Of a stretch of 64,000 bases of DNA, positions 15,001 through 30,000 are shown piece after piece. The translations under genes were made by a program, and so were the position numbers. Within the stretch, counting starts at the first letter, position 1; every line of letters begins with the position of its first letter. Source of the DNA: Balanoglossus misakiensis (Eukaryota > Animalia > Hemichordata); contig CM082596.2 in NCBI GenBank assembly GCA_040954595.2, forward strand, positions 10,002,461 to 10,066,460. The letters are read 5' to 3'. The notes beneath the pieces were generated by a model. The model ran no database searches. It saw only the letters and a list, made by a program, of their open reading frames with translations, and had not been told where the DNA came from.

Positions 15001-18000
15001 TGACTTTTTTTCAAAAATTTACGAAATTTTGAGATTTTGCAAAGTCGAAAATTTGTCATTTTTTGATGATTTTCACCCATGTTTTTTTTTTCAAAAATCG
15101 ACGAAATTTTGAGAATTTTGCAAATTCGAAAATTTGTAATTTTTTGATGATTTTCACCCATGTTTTTTTTCAAAATCAACGAACCCATGATTTTTTTTTC
15201 AAAAAAGGACAACATTTTTGAGATTTTGCAAAGTCGAAAATTTGTCATTTTTTGATGATTTTCACCCATGATTTTTCTCAAAATCGACGAAATTTTGAGA
15301 TTTTGGAAAGTCGAAAATTTGTCATTTTTTGATGATTTTCACCCATGATTTTTTTCAAAAATTGACGAAATTTTGAGATTTTGCAAAGTCGAAAATTGTC
15401 ATTTATTAATGATTTTCACCCATGATTATTTTTCAAAAATCGACAAAATTTTGAGATTTTGCAAAGTCGAAAATTTGTAATTTTTTGATGATTTTCACCC
15501 ATGTTTTTTTTTCAAAATTGAACGAACCCATGATTTTTTTCAAAAATCGACAAAATTTTTAGATTTGCAAAGTCGAAAATTTGTCATTTTTTGATGATTT
15601 TCACCCATGATTTTTTTTCAAAAATGTACGAAATTTTGAGATTTTGCAAAGTCGAAAATTTGTCATTTTTTGATGATTTTCCCCATGATTTTTTCAAAAT
15701 CGACAAAATTTGAGATTTTGCAAAGACGAAAATTTGTCATTTTTTGATGATTTTCACCCATGATTTTTTCAAAAGTCGACGAAATTTTGAGATTTTGCAA
15801 AGACAAAAATTTTTCATTTTTTGATGATTTTCACCCGTGATTTTTTTCAAAAAATCGACAAAATTTTGAGATTTTGCAAAGTCGAAAATTTGACATTTTT
15901 TGATGATTTTCACCCATGTTTTTTTTCAAAAATCAACGACCCATGATTTTTTTTCAAAAATCGACGAAATTTAGAGATTTTGCAAAGTCGAAAATTTGTC
16001 ATTTCTTAATGATTTTCACCCATGTTTTTTTTTCAAAAATCGACAAAATTTTGAGATTTTGCAAAGTCGAAAATTTGTAATTTTTTGATGATTTTCACCA
16101 ATGTTTTTTTTTAAAAATCAACGAACCCATGATTTTTTTCAAAAATTGACAACATTTTGAGATTTTGCAAAGTCGAAAATTTGTCATTTTTTGATGATTT
16201 TCACCCATGATTTTTTTCAAAAATCGACGAAATTTTGAGATTTTGCAAAGTCGAAAATTTGTCATTTTTTGATGATTTTCACCCATGATTTTTTTTTCAA
16301 AAACCGACAAAATTTTGAGATTTTGCAAAGTCGAAAATTTGTCATTTTTTGATTATTTTCACCCATGATTTTTTTCAAAAATCGACAAAATTTTTAGATT
16401 TTGCAAAGTCGAAAATTTGTCATTTTTTGATGATTTTCACCATGATTTTTTTTTCAAAAATCGACGAAATTTTGAGATTTTGCAAAGTCGAAAATTTGTC
16501 ATTTTTTGATGATTTTCACCCATGATTTTTTTCAAAAATCGACGAAATTTGAGATTTTGCAAAGTCGAAAATTTGTCATTTTTTGATGATTTTCATCCAT
16601 GATTTTTTTCAAAAGTCGACGAAATTTTGAGATTTTGCAAATTCGAAAATTTGTAATTTTTTGATGATTTTCACCCATGTTTTTTTTCAACAATCAACGA
16701 ACCCATGATTTTTTTTTCAAAAATCGACCAAATTTTGGGATTTTGCAAAGACGAAAATTTGTCATTTTTTGATGATTTTCACCCATGATTTTTCTCAAAA
16801 ATCGACGAAATTTGAGATTTTGCAAATTCGAAAATTTGTAATTTTTTGTTGATTTTCACCCTTTTTTTTTCAAAAATCAACGAACCCATGATTTTTTTTT
16901 CAAAAATCGACCAAATTTTGGGATTTTGCAAAGACGAAAATTTGTCATTTTTTGATGATTTTCACCCATGATTTTTTTCAAAAATCGACGAAATTTGAGA
17001 TTTTGCAAATTCGAAAATTTGTAATTTTTTGTTGATTTTCACCCTTTTTTTCAAAAATCAACGAACCCATGATTTTTTTTCAAAAATCGACAAAATTTTG
17101 AGATTTTGCAAAGCCGAAAATTTGTCATTTTTTGATGATTTTCACCCATGATTTTTCTCAAAAATCGACGAAATTTTGAGATTTTGCAAAGTCGAAAATT
17201 TTTCATTTTTTGATGATTTTCACTCATGATTTTTTTCAAAAATCTACGAAATTTTGAGATTTTGCAAAGTCGAAAATTTGTCATTTTTTGATGATTTTCA
17301 CCCATGATTTTTTTGAAAAAATCTGCGAAATTTTGAGATTTTGCAAAGTCGAAAATTTGTCATTTATTAATGATTTTCACCCATGATTTTTTTCAAAAAT
17401 CGACGAAATTTGAGATTTTGCAAATTCGAAAATTTCTAATTTTTTGATGATTTTCACCCATGATTTTTTTTTCAAAAATCGACAAAATTTTGAGATTTTG
17501 CAAAGTCGAAAATGTGTCATTTTTTGATGATTTTCACCCAAGATTTTTTTCAAAAATCGACGAAATTTGAGATTTTGCAAAGTCGAAAATTTGTCATTTT
17601 TTGATGATTTTTACCCATGATTTTTTTTTTCAAAAATCGACCAAATTTTGAGATTTTGCAAAGCCGAAAATTTGTCATTTTTTGATGATTTTCACCCATG
17701 ATTTTTCTCAAAAATCGACGAAATTTTGAGATTTTGCAAAGTCGAAAATTTTTCATTTTTTGATGATTTTCACCCATGATTTTTCTCAAAAATCGACGAA
17801 ATTTTGAGATTTTGCAAAGTCGAAAATTTGTCATTTTTTGATGATTTTCACCCATGTTTTTTTTCAAAATTGAACGAACCCATGATTTTTTTCAAAAATC
17901 GACAAAATTTTGAGATTTTGCAAAGTAGAAAATTTGTCATTTTTTGATGATTTTCACCCATGATTTTTTTCAAAAATCGACGAAATTTTAAGATTTTGCA

Positions 18001-21000
18001 AAGTCGAAAATTTGTCATTTTTTGATGATTTTCACCCATGATTTTTTTTTCAAAAACCGACAAAATTTTGAGATTTTGCAAAGACGAAAATTTGTCATTT
18101 TTTGATGATTTTCACCCATGATTTTTCTCAAAAATCGACGAAATTTTGAGATTTTGCAAAGTCGAAAATTTGTCATTTTTTGATGATTTTCACCCATGAT
18201 TTTTTTCAATAATCGACGAAATTTGAGATTTTGCAAATTCGAAAAATTGTAATTTTTTGTTGATTTTCACCCTTTTTTTTCAAAAATCAACGAACCCATG
18301 ATTTTTTTTCAAAAATCGACAAAATTTTGAGATTTTGCATAGCCGAAAATTTGTCATTTTTTGATGATTTTCACCCATGTTTTTTTTCAAAATTGAACGA
18401 ACCCATGATTTTTTTCAAAAATCGACGAAATTTTGAGATTTTGCAAAGTAGAAAATTTGTCATTTTTTGATGATTTTCACCCATGATTTTTTTTTTCAAA
18501 AAATCGACACAATTTTGAGATTTTGCAAAGTCGAAAATGTGTCATTTTTTGATGATTTTCACCCATGATTTTTTTCAAAAATCGACGAAATTTTGGGATT
18601 TTGCAAAGTCGAAAATTTGTCATTTTTTGATGATTTTCACCCATGATTTTTTTTTCAAAAACCGACAAAATTTTGAGATTTTGCAAAGTCGAAAATTTGT
18701 CATTTTTTGATTATTTTCACCCATGATTTTTTTCAAAAATCGACAAAATTTTTAGATTTTGCAAAGTCGAAAATTTGTCATTTTTTGATGATTTTCACGA
18801 TGATTTTTTTTTTAAAAATCGACGAAATTTTGAGATTTTGCAAAGTCGAAAATTTGTCATTTTTTGATGATTTTCACCCATGATTTTTTTCAAAAATCGA
18901 CGAAATTTGAGATTTTGCAAAGTCGAAAATTTGTCATTTTTTGATGATTTTCACCCATGATTTTTTTCAAAAATCGACGAAATTTTGAGATTTTGCAAAT
19001 TCGAAAATTTGTAATTTTTTGATGATTTTCACCCATGTTTTTTTTCAAAATCAACGAACCCATGATTTTTTTTCAAAAATCGACCAAATTTTGGGATTTT
19101 GCAAAGACGAAAATTTGTCATTTTTTGATGATTTTCACCCATGATTTTTCTCAAAAATCGACGAAATTTTGAGATTTTGCAAAGTCGAAAATTTGTCATT
19201 TTTTGATGATTTTCACCCATGATTTTTTTTTCAAAAACCGACAAAATTTTGAGATTTTGCAAAGTCGAAAATTTGTCATTTTTTGATTATTTTCACCCAT
19301 GATTTTTTTCAAAAATCGACAAAATTTTTAGATTTTGCAAAGTCGAAAATTTGTCATTTTTTGATGATTTTCAAAATGATTTTTTTTTAAAAAATCGACG
19401 AAATTTTGAGATTTTGCAAAGTCGAAAATTTGTCATTTTTTGATGATTTTCACCCATGATTTTTTTCAAAAATCGACGAAATTTGAGATTTTGCAAAGTC
19501 GAAAATTTGTCATTTTTTGATGATTTTCACCCATGATTTTTTTCAAAAATCGACGAAATTTTGAGATTTTGCAAATTCGAAAATTTGTAATTTTTTGATG
19601 ATTTTCACCCATGTTTTTTTTCAAAAATCAACGAACCCATGATTTTTTTTCAAAAATCGACCAAATTTTGGGATTTTGCAAAGACGAAAATTTGTCATTT
19701 TTTGATGATTTTCACCCATGATTTTTCTCAAAAATCGACGAAATTTTGAGATTTTGCAAAGTCGAAAATTTGTCATTTTTTGATGATTTTCACCCATGAT
19801 TTTTTTCAAAAATCGACGAAATTTGAGATTTTGCAAATTCGAAAATTTGTAATTTTTTGTTGATTTTCACCCTTTTTTTCAAAAATCAACGATACCATGA
19901 TTTTTTTTCAAAAATCGACAAAATTTTGAGATTTTGCATAGCCGAAAATTTGTCATTTTTTGATGATTTTCACCCATGATTTTTCTCAAAAATCGACGAA
20001 ATTTTGAGATTTTGCAAAGTCGAAAATTTGTCATTTTTTGATGATTTTCACCCATGTTTTTTTTCAAAATTGAACGAACCCATGATTTTTTTCAAAAATC
20101 GACGAAATTTTGAGATTTTGCAAAGTAGAAAATTTGTCATTTTTTGATGATTTTCACCCATGATTTTTTTCAAAAATCGACGAAATTTTGAGATTTTGCA
20201 AAGTCGAAAATTTGTCATTTTTTGATGATTTTCACCCATGATTTTTTTTTCAAAAACCGACAAAATTTTGAGATTTTGCAAAGTCGAAAATTTGTCATTT
20301 TTTGATTATTTTCACCCATGATTTTTTTTAAAAATCGACAAAATTTTTAGATTTTGCAAAGTCGAAAATTTGTCATTTTTTGATGATTTTCACCATGATT
20401 TTTTTTTTAAAAATCGACGAAATTTTGAGATTTTGCAAAGTCGAAAATTTGTCATTTTTTGATGATTTTCACCCATGATTTTTTTCAAAAATCGACGAAA
20501 TTTGAGATTTTGCAAAGTCGAAAATTTGTCATTTTTTGATGATTTTCACCCATGATTTTTTTCAAAAATCGACAAAATTTTGAGATTTTGCAAAGTCGAA
20601 AATTTGTCATTTTTTGATGATTTTCACCCATGATTTTTCTCAAAAATCGACGAAATTTTGAGATTTTGCAAAGTCGAAAATTTGTCATTTTTTGATGATT
20701 TTCACCCATGATTTTTTTCAAAAATCGACGAAATTTTGAGATTTTGCAAAGTCGAAAATTTGTAATTTTTTGATGATTTTCACCCATGTTTTTTTTCAAA
20801 ATTGAACGAACCCATGATTTTTTTCAAAAATCGACGAAATTTTGAGATTTTGCAAAGACGAAAATTTGTAATTTTTTGATGATTTTCACCCATGTTTTTT
20901 TTCAAAATTGAACGAACCCATGATTTTTTTCAAAAATCGACGAAATTTTTAGATTTTGCAAAGTCGAAAATTTGTAATTTTTTGATGATTTTTACCCATG

Positions 21001-24000
21001 ATTTTTTTTTTCAAAAATCGACAAAATTTTGAGATTTTGCATAGCCGAAAATTTGTCATTTTTTGATGATTTTCACCCATGATTTTTCTCAAAAATCGAC
21101 GAAATTTTGAGATTTTGCAAAGTCGAAAATTTGTCATTTTTTGATGATTTTCACCCATGTTTTTTTTCAAAATTGAACGAACCCATGATTTTTTTCAAAA
21201 ATCGACGAAATTTTGAGATTTTGCAAAGTAGAAAATTTGTCATTTTTTGATGATTTTCACCCATGATTTTTTTCAAAAATCGACGAAATTTTGAGATTTT
21301 GCAAAGTCGAAAATTTGTAATTTTTTGATGATTTTCACCCATGTTTTTTTTCAAAATTGAACGAACCCATGATTTTTTTCAAAAATCGACGAAATTTTGA
21401 GATTTTGCAAAGACGAAAATTTGTAATTTTTTGATGATTTTCACCCATGTTTTTTTTCAAAATTGAACGAACCCATGATTTTTTTCAAAAATCGACGAAA
21501 TTTTTAGATTTTGCAAAGTCGAAAATTTGTAATTTTTTGATGATTTTTACCCATGATTTTTTTTTTCAAAAATCGACAAAATTTTGAGATTTTGCATAGC
21601 CGAAAATTTGTCATTTTTTGATGATTTTCACCCTTTTTTTCAAAAATCAACGATACCATGATTTTTTTTCAAAAATCGACAAAATTTTGAGATTTTGCAT
21701 AGCCGAAAATTTGTCATTTTTTGATGATTTTCACCCATGATTTTTCTCAAAAATCGACGAAATTTTGAGATTTTGCAAAGTCGAAAATTTGTCATTTTTT
21801 GATGATTTTCACCCATGTTTTTTTTCAAAATTGAACGAACCCATGATTTTTTTCAAAAATCGACGAAATTTTGAGATTTTGCAAAGTAGAAAATTTGTCA
21901 TTTTTTGATGATTTTCACCCATGATTTTTTTCAAAAATCGACGAAATTTTGAGATTTTGCAAAGTCGAAAATTTGTCATTTTTTGATGATTTTCACCCAT
22001 GTTTTTTTTCAAAATTGAACGAACCCATGATTTTTTTCAAAAATCGACGAAATTTTTAGATTTTGCAAAGTCGAAAATTTGTAATTTTTTGATGATTTTT
22101 ACCCATGATTTTTTTTTTCAAAAATCGACGAAATTTTGAGATTTTGCAAAGACGAAAATTTGTAATTTTTTGATGATTTTCACCCATGACTTTTTTTCAA
22201 AAATTTACGAAATTTTGAGATTTTGCAAAGTCGAAAATTTGTCATTTTTTGATGATTTTCACCCATGTTTTTTTTTTCAAAAATCGACGAAATTTTGAGA
22301 TTTTGCAAATTCGAAAATTTGTAATTTTTTGATGATTTTCACCCATGTTTTTTTTCAAAAATCAACGAACCCATGATTTTTTTTTCAAAAAAGGACAACA
22401 TTTTGAGATTTTGCAAAGTCGAAAATTTGTCATTTTTTGATGATTTTCACCCATGATTTTTCTCAAAAATCGACGAAATTTTGAGATTTTGGAAAGTCGA
22501 AAATTTGTCATTTTTTGATGATTTTCACCCATGATTTTTTTTCAAAAATTGACGAAATTTTGAGATTTTGCAAAGTCGAAAATTTGTCATTTATTAATGA
22601 TTTTCACCCATGATTATTTTTCAAAAATCGACAAAATTTTGAGATTTTGCAAAGTCGAAAATTTGTAATTTTTTGATGATTTTCACCCATGTTTTTTTTT
22701 CAAAATTGAACGAACCCATGATTTTTTTCAAAAATCGACAAAATTTTTAGATTTTGCAAAGTCGAAAATTTGTCATTTTTTGATGATTTTCACCCATGAT
22801 TTTTTTTCAAAAATGTACGAAATTTTGAGATTTTGCAAAGTCGAAAATTTGTCATTTTTTGATGATTTTCACCCATGATTTTTTTCAAAAATCGACAAAA
22901 TTTTGAGATTTTGCAAAGACGAAAATTTGTCATTTTTTGATGATTTTCACCCATGATTTTTCTCAAAAATCGACGAAATGTTGAGATTTTGCAAAGTCGA
23001 AAAATTGTCATTTTTTGATGATTTTCACCCATGATTTTTTTTCAAAAATCTGCGAAATTTTGAGATTTTGCAAAGTCGAAAATTTGTCATTTTTTGATGA
23101 TTTTCACCCATGATTTTTTTTCAAAAAATCGACGAAATTTTGAGATTTTGCAAAGTCGAAAATTTGTCATTTTTTGATTATTTTCACCCATGATTTTTTT
23201 TTTCAAAAAATCGACACAATTTTGAGATTTTGCAAAGTCGAAAATGTGTCATTTTTTGATGATTTTCACCCATGATTTTTTTCAAAAATCGACGAAATTT
23301 GAGATTTTGCAAAGTCGAAAATTTGTCATTTTTTGATGATTTTCACCCATGATTTTTTTTCAAAAATCGACGAAATTTTGAGATTTTGCAAAGTCGAAAA
23401 TTTGTCATTTTTTGATGATTTTCACCCATGATTTTTTTTCAAAAATCGACGAAATTTTGAGATTTTGCAAAGTCGAAAATTTGTCATTTTTTGATGATTT
23501 TCACCCATGATTTTTCTCAAAAATCGACGAAATTTTGAGATTTTGCAAAGTCGAAAATTTGTCATTTTTTGATTATTTTCACCCATGATTTTTTTCAAAA
23601 ATCAACGAACCCATGATTTTTTTTCAAAAATCGACAAAATTTTGAGATTTTGCAAAGTCGAAAATTTGTAATTTTTTGATGATTTTCACCCATGATTTTT
23701 CTCAAAAATCGACGAAATTTTGAGATTTTGCAAAGTCGAAAATTTGTCATTTTTTGGTGATTTTCACCCATGATTTTTTTTCAAAAATCGACGAAATTTT
23801 GAGATTTTGCAAAGTCGAAAATTTGTAATTTTTTGATGATTTTCACCCATGTTTTTTTTCAAAATTGAACGAACCCATGATTTTTCTCAAAAATCGACGA
23901 AATGTTGAGATTTTGCAAAGTCGAAAATTTGTCATTTTTTGATGATTTTCACCCATGACTTTTTTCAAAAATTTACGAAATTTTGAGATTTTGCAAAGTC

Positions 24001-27000
24001 GAAAATTTGTCATTTTTTGATGATTTTCACCCATGATTTTTCTCAAAAATCGACGAAATTTTGAGATTTTGCAAAGTCGAAAATTTGTCATTTTTTGATG
24101 ATTTTCACCCATGATTTTTCTCAAAAATCGACGAAATGTTGAGATTTTGCAAAGTCGAAAAATTGTCATTTTTTGATGATTTTCAGCCATGATTTTTTTT
24201 CAAAAATCTGCGAAATTTTGAGATTTTGCAAAGTCGAAAATTTGTCATTTTTTGATGATTTTCACCCATGATTTTTTTTCAAAAAATCGACGAAATTTTG
24301 AGATTTTGCAAAGTCGAAAATTTGTCATTTTTTGATTATTTTCACCCATGATTTTTTTTTTCAAAAAATCGACACAATTTTGAGATTTTGCAAAGTCGAA
24401 AATGTGTCATTTTTTGATGATTTTCACCCATGATTTTTTTTCAAAAATCGACGAAATTTTGAGATTTTGCAAAGTCGAAAATTTGTCATTTTTTGATGAT
24501 TTTCACCCATGATTTTTTTTTTCAAAAAATCGACACAATTTTGAGATTTTGCAAAGTCGAAAATGTGTCATTTTTTGATGATTTTCACCCATGATTTTTT
24601 TCAAAAATCGACGAAATTTGAGATTTTGCAAAGTCGAAAATTTGTCATTTTTTGATGATTTTCACCCATGATTTTTTTTCAAAAATCGACGAAATTTTGA
24701 GATTTTGCAAAGTCGAAAATTTGTCATTTTTTGATGATTTTCACCCATGATTTTTCTCAAAAATCGACGAAATTTTGAGATTTTGCAAAGTCGAAAATTT
24801 GTCATTTTTTGATTATTTTCACCCATGATTTTTTTCAAAAATCAACGAACCCATGATTTTTTTTCAAAAATCGACAAAATTTTGAGATTTTGCAAAGTCG
24901 AAAATTTGTCATTTTTTGATGATTTTCACCCATGATTTTTCTCAAAAATCGACGAAATTTTGAGATTTTGCAAAGTCGAAAATTTGTCATTTTTTGATGA
25001 TTTTCACCCATGATTTTTCTCAAAAATCGACGAAATTTTGAGATTTTGCAAAGTCGAAAATTTGTCATTTTTTGATGATTTTCACCCATGATTTTTTTTC
25101 AAAAATCGACGAAATTTTGAGATTTTGCAAAGTCGAAAATTTGTAATTTTTTGATGATTTTCACCCATGTTTTTTTTCAAAATTGAACGAACCCATGATT
25201 TTTCTCAAAAATCGACGAAATGTTGAGATTTTGCAAAGTCGAAAATTTGTCATTTTTTGATGATTTTCACCCATGACTTTTTTCAAAAATTTACGAAATT
25301 TTGAGATTTTGCAAAGTCGAAAATTTGTCATTTTTTGATGATTTTCACCCATGATTTTTCTCAAAAATCGACGAAATTTTGAGATTTTGCAAAGTCGAAA
25401 ATTTGTCATTTTTTGATGATTTTCACCCATGATTTTTCTCAAAAATCGACGAAATGTTGAGATTTTGCAAAGTCGAAAAATTGTCATTTTTTGATGATTT
25501 TCAGCCATGATTTTTTTTCAAAAATCTGCGAAATTTTGAGATTTTGCAAAGTCGAAAATTTGTCATTTTTTGATGATTTTCACCCATGATTTTTTTTCAA
25601 AAAATCGACGAAATTTTGAGATTTTGCAAAGTCGAAAATTTGTCATTTTTTGATTATTTTCACCCATGATTTTTTTTTTCAAAAAATCGACACAATTTTG
25701 AGATTTTGCAAAGTCGAAAATGTGTCATTTTTTGATGATTTTCACCCATGATTTTTTTTCAAAAATCGACGAAATTTTGAGATTTTGCAAAGTCGAAAAT
25801 TTGTCATTTTTTGATGATTTTCACCCATGATTTTTTTTTTCAAAAAATCGACACAATTTTGAGATTTTGCAAAGTCGAAAATGTGTCATTTTTTGATGAT
25901 TTTCACCCATGATTTTTTTCAAAAATCGACGAAATTTGAGATTTTGCAAAGTCGAAAATTTGTCATTTTTTGATGATTTTCACCCATGATTTTTTTTCAA
26001 AAATCGACGAAATTTTGAGATTTTGCAAAGTCGAAAATTTGTCATTTTTTGATGATTTTCACCCATGATTTTTCTCAAAAATCGACGAAATTTTGAGATT
26101 TTGCAAAGTCGAAAATTTGTCATTTTTTGATTATTTTCACCCATGATTTTTTTCAAAAATCAACGAACCCATGATTTTTTTTCAAAAATCGACAAAATTT
26201 TGAGATTTTGCAAAGTCGAAAATTTGTCATTTTTTGATGATTTTCACCCATGATTTTTCTCAAAAATCGACGAAATTTTGAGATTTTGCAAAGTCGAAAA
26301 TTTGTCATTTTTTGATGATTTTCACCCATGATTTTTTTTCAAAAATCGACGAAATTTTGAGATTTTGCAAAGTCGAAAATTTGTAATTTTTTGATGATTT
26401 TCACCCATGTTTTTTTTCAAAATTGAACGAACCCATGATTTTTTTCAAAAATCGACGAAATTTTGAGATTTTGCAAAGACGAAAATTTGTAATTTTTTGA
26501 TGATTTTCACCCATGACTTTTTTTCAAAAATTTACGAAATTTTGAGATTTTGCAAAGTCGAACATTTGTCATTTTTTGATGATTTTCACCCATGATTTTT
26601 TTCAAAAATCTGCGAAATTTTGAGATTTTGCAAAGTCGAAAATTTGTCATTTATTAATGATTTTCACCCATGATTTTTTTCAAAAATCGACGAAATTTGA
26701 GATTTTGCAAATTCGAAAATTTGTAATTTTTTAATGATTTTCACCCTTTTTTTTCAAAAATCAACGAACCCATGATTTTTTTTAAAAATCGACAAAATTT
26801 TGAGATTTTGCAAAGCCGAAAATTTGTCATTTTTTGATGATTTTCACCCATGATTTTTTTCAAAAATCGACGAAATTTTGAGATTTTGCAAAGTCGAAAA
26901 TTTGTCATTTTTTGATGATTTTCACCCATGATTTTTTTCAAAAATCGACGAAATTTGAGATTTTGCAAAGTCGAAAATTTGTCATTTTTTGATGATTTTC

Positions 27001-30000
27001 ACCCATGATTTTTTTCAAAAATCGACGAAATTTGAGATTTTGCAAAGTCGAAAATTTGTCATTTTTTGATGATTTTTACCCATGATTTTTTTTTCAAAAA
27101 TCGATCAAATTTTGAGATTTTGCAAAGCCGAAAATTTGTCATTTTTTGATGATTTTCACCCATGATTTTTCTCAAAAATTGACGAAATTTTGAGATTTTG
27201 CAAAGTCGAAAATTTGTAATTTTTTGATGATTTTCACCCATGTTTTTTTCAAAATTGAACGAACCCATGATTTTTTTCAAAAATCGACAAAATTTTGAGA
27301 TTTTGCAAAGTCGAAAATTTGTCATTTTTTGATGATTTTCACCCATGATTTTTTTCAAAAGTCGACGAAATTTTGAGCTTTTGCAAAGTCGAAAATTTGT
27401 CATTTTTTGATGATTTTCACCCATGATTTTTTTCAAAAATCTACGAAATTTTGAGATTTTGCAAAGTCGAAAATTTGTCATTTTTTGATGATTTTCACCC
27501 ATGATTTTTTTCAAAAAATCGACGAAATTTTGAGATTTTGCAAAGTCGAAAATTTGTCATTTATTAATGATTTTCACCCATGATTTTTTTCAAAAATAGA
27601 CGAAATTTGAGATTTTGCAAATTCGAAAATTTGTAATTTTTTGATGATTTTCACCCATGTTTTTTTTCAAAATTGAACGAACCCATGATTTTTTTCAAAA
27701 ATCGACGAAATTTTGAGATTTTGCAAAGTCGAAAATTTGTCATTTTTTGATGATTTTCACCCATGATTTTTTTCAAAAATCGACAAAATTTTTAGATTTT
27801 GCAAAGTCGAAAATTTGTCATTTTTTGATTATTTTCACCCATGATTTTTTTCAAAAATCGACAAAATTTTTAGATTTTGCAAAGTCGAAAATTTGTCATT
27901 TTTTGATGATTTTCACCATGATTTTTTTTTAAAAATCGACGAAATTTTGAGATTTTGCAAAGACGAAAATTTGTCATTTTTTGATGATTTTCACCCATGT
28001 TTTTTTTCAAAAATCAACGAACCCATGATTTTTTTTCAAAAAAGGACAAAATTTTGAGATTTTGCAAAGTCGAAAATTTGTCATTTTTTGATGATTTTCA
28101 CCCATGATTTTTCTCAAAAATCGACGAAATTTTGAGATTTTGCAAAGTCGAAAATTTGTCATTTTTTGATGATTTTCACCCATGATTTTTTTTCAAAAAT
28201 CGACGAAATTTTGAGATTTTGCAAAGTCGAAAATTTGTCATTTATTAATGATTTTCACCCATGATTTTTTTTCAAAAATCGACAAAATTTTGAGATTTTG
28301 CAAAGTCGAAAATTTGTAATTTTTTGATGATTTTCACCCATGTTTTTTTTCAAAATTGAACGAACCCATGATTTTTTTCAAAAATCGACGAAATTTTGAG
28401 ATTTTGCAAAGTCGAAAATTTGTCATTTTTTGATGATTTTCACCCATGATTTTTTTCAAAAATCGACAAAATTTTTAGATTTTGCAAAGTCGAAAATTTG
28501 TCATTTTTTGATTATTTTCACCCATGATTTTTTTCAAAAATCGACAAAATTTTTAGATTTTGCAAAGACGAAAATTTGTCATTTTTTGATGATTTTCACC
28601 CATGTTTTTTTTCAAAAATCAACGAACCTATGATTTTTTTTCAAAAAAGGACAAAATTTTGAGATTTTGCAAAGTCGAAAATTTGTCATTATTTGAAGAT
28701 TTTCACCAATGATTTTTCTCAAAAATCGACGAAATTTTGAAATTTGTAATTTTTTGATGATTTTCACCAATGTTTTTTTTTAAAAATCAACGAACCCATG
28801 ATTTTTTTCAAAAATTGACGAAATTTTGAGATTTTGCAAAGTCGAAAATTTGTCATTTTTTGATGATTTTCACCAATGATTTTTTTCAAAAATCGACGAA
28901 ATTTTGAGATTTTGGAAAGTCGAAAATTTGTCATTTATTAACGATTTTCACCCATGATTTTTTTTCAAAAATCGACGAAATTTTGAGATTTTGCAAAGTC
29001 GAAAATTTGTCATTTATTAATGATTTTCACCCATGATTTTTTTTCAAAAATCGACAAAATTTTGAGATTTTGCAAAGTCGAAAATTTGTAATTTTTTGAT
29101 GATTTTCACCCATGTTTTTTTTCAAAATTGAACGAACCCATGATTTTTTTCAAAAATCGACGAAATTTTGAGATTTTGCAAAGTCGAAAATTTGTCATTT
29201 TTTGATGATTTTCACCCATGATTTTTTTCAAAAATCGACAAAATTTTTAGATTTTGCAAAGTCGAAAATTTGTCATTTTTTGATTATTTTCACCCATGAT
29301 TTTTTTCAAAAATCGACAAAATTTTTAGATTTTGCAAAGTCGAAATTTGTCATTTTTTGATGATTTTCACCATGATTTTTTTTTAAAAATCGACGAAATT
29401 TTGAGATTTTGCAAAGACGAAAATTTGTCATTTTTTGATGATTTTCACCCATGTTTTTTTTTCAAAAATCAACGAACCCATGATTTTTTTTCAAAAAAGG
29501 ACAAAATTTTGAGATTTTGCAAAGTCGAAAATTTGTCATTTTTTGATGATTTTCACCCAATGATTTTTTTTCAAAAATCGACGAAATTTTGAGATTTTGC
29601 AAAGTCGAAAATTTGTCATTTATTAATGATTTTCACCCATGATTTTTTTTCAAAAATCGACAAAATTTTGAGATTTTGCAAAGTCGAAAATTTGTAATTT
29701 TTTGATGATTTTCACCCATGTTTTTTTTCAAAATTGAACGAACCCATGATTTTTTTCAAAAATCGACGAAATTTTGAGATTTTGCAAAGTCGAAAATTTG
29801 TCATTTTTTGATGATTTTCACCCATGATTTTTTTCAAAAATCGACAAAATTTTTAGATTTTGCAAAGTCGAAAATTTGTCATTTTTTGATTATTTTCACC
29901 CATGATTTTTTTCAAAAATCGACAAAATTTTTAGATTTTGCAAAGACGAAAATTTGTCATTTTTTGATGATTTTCACCCATGTTTTTTTTCAAAAATCAA

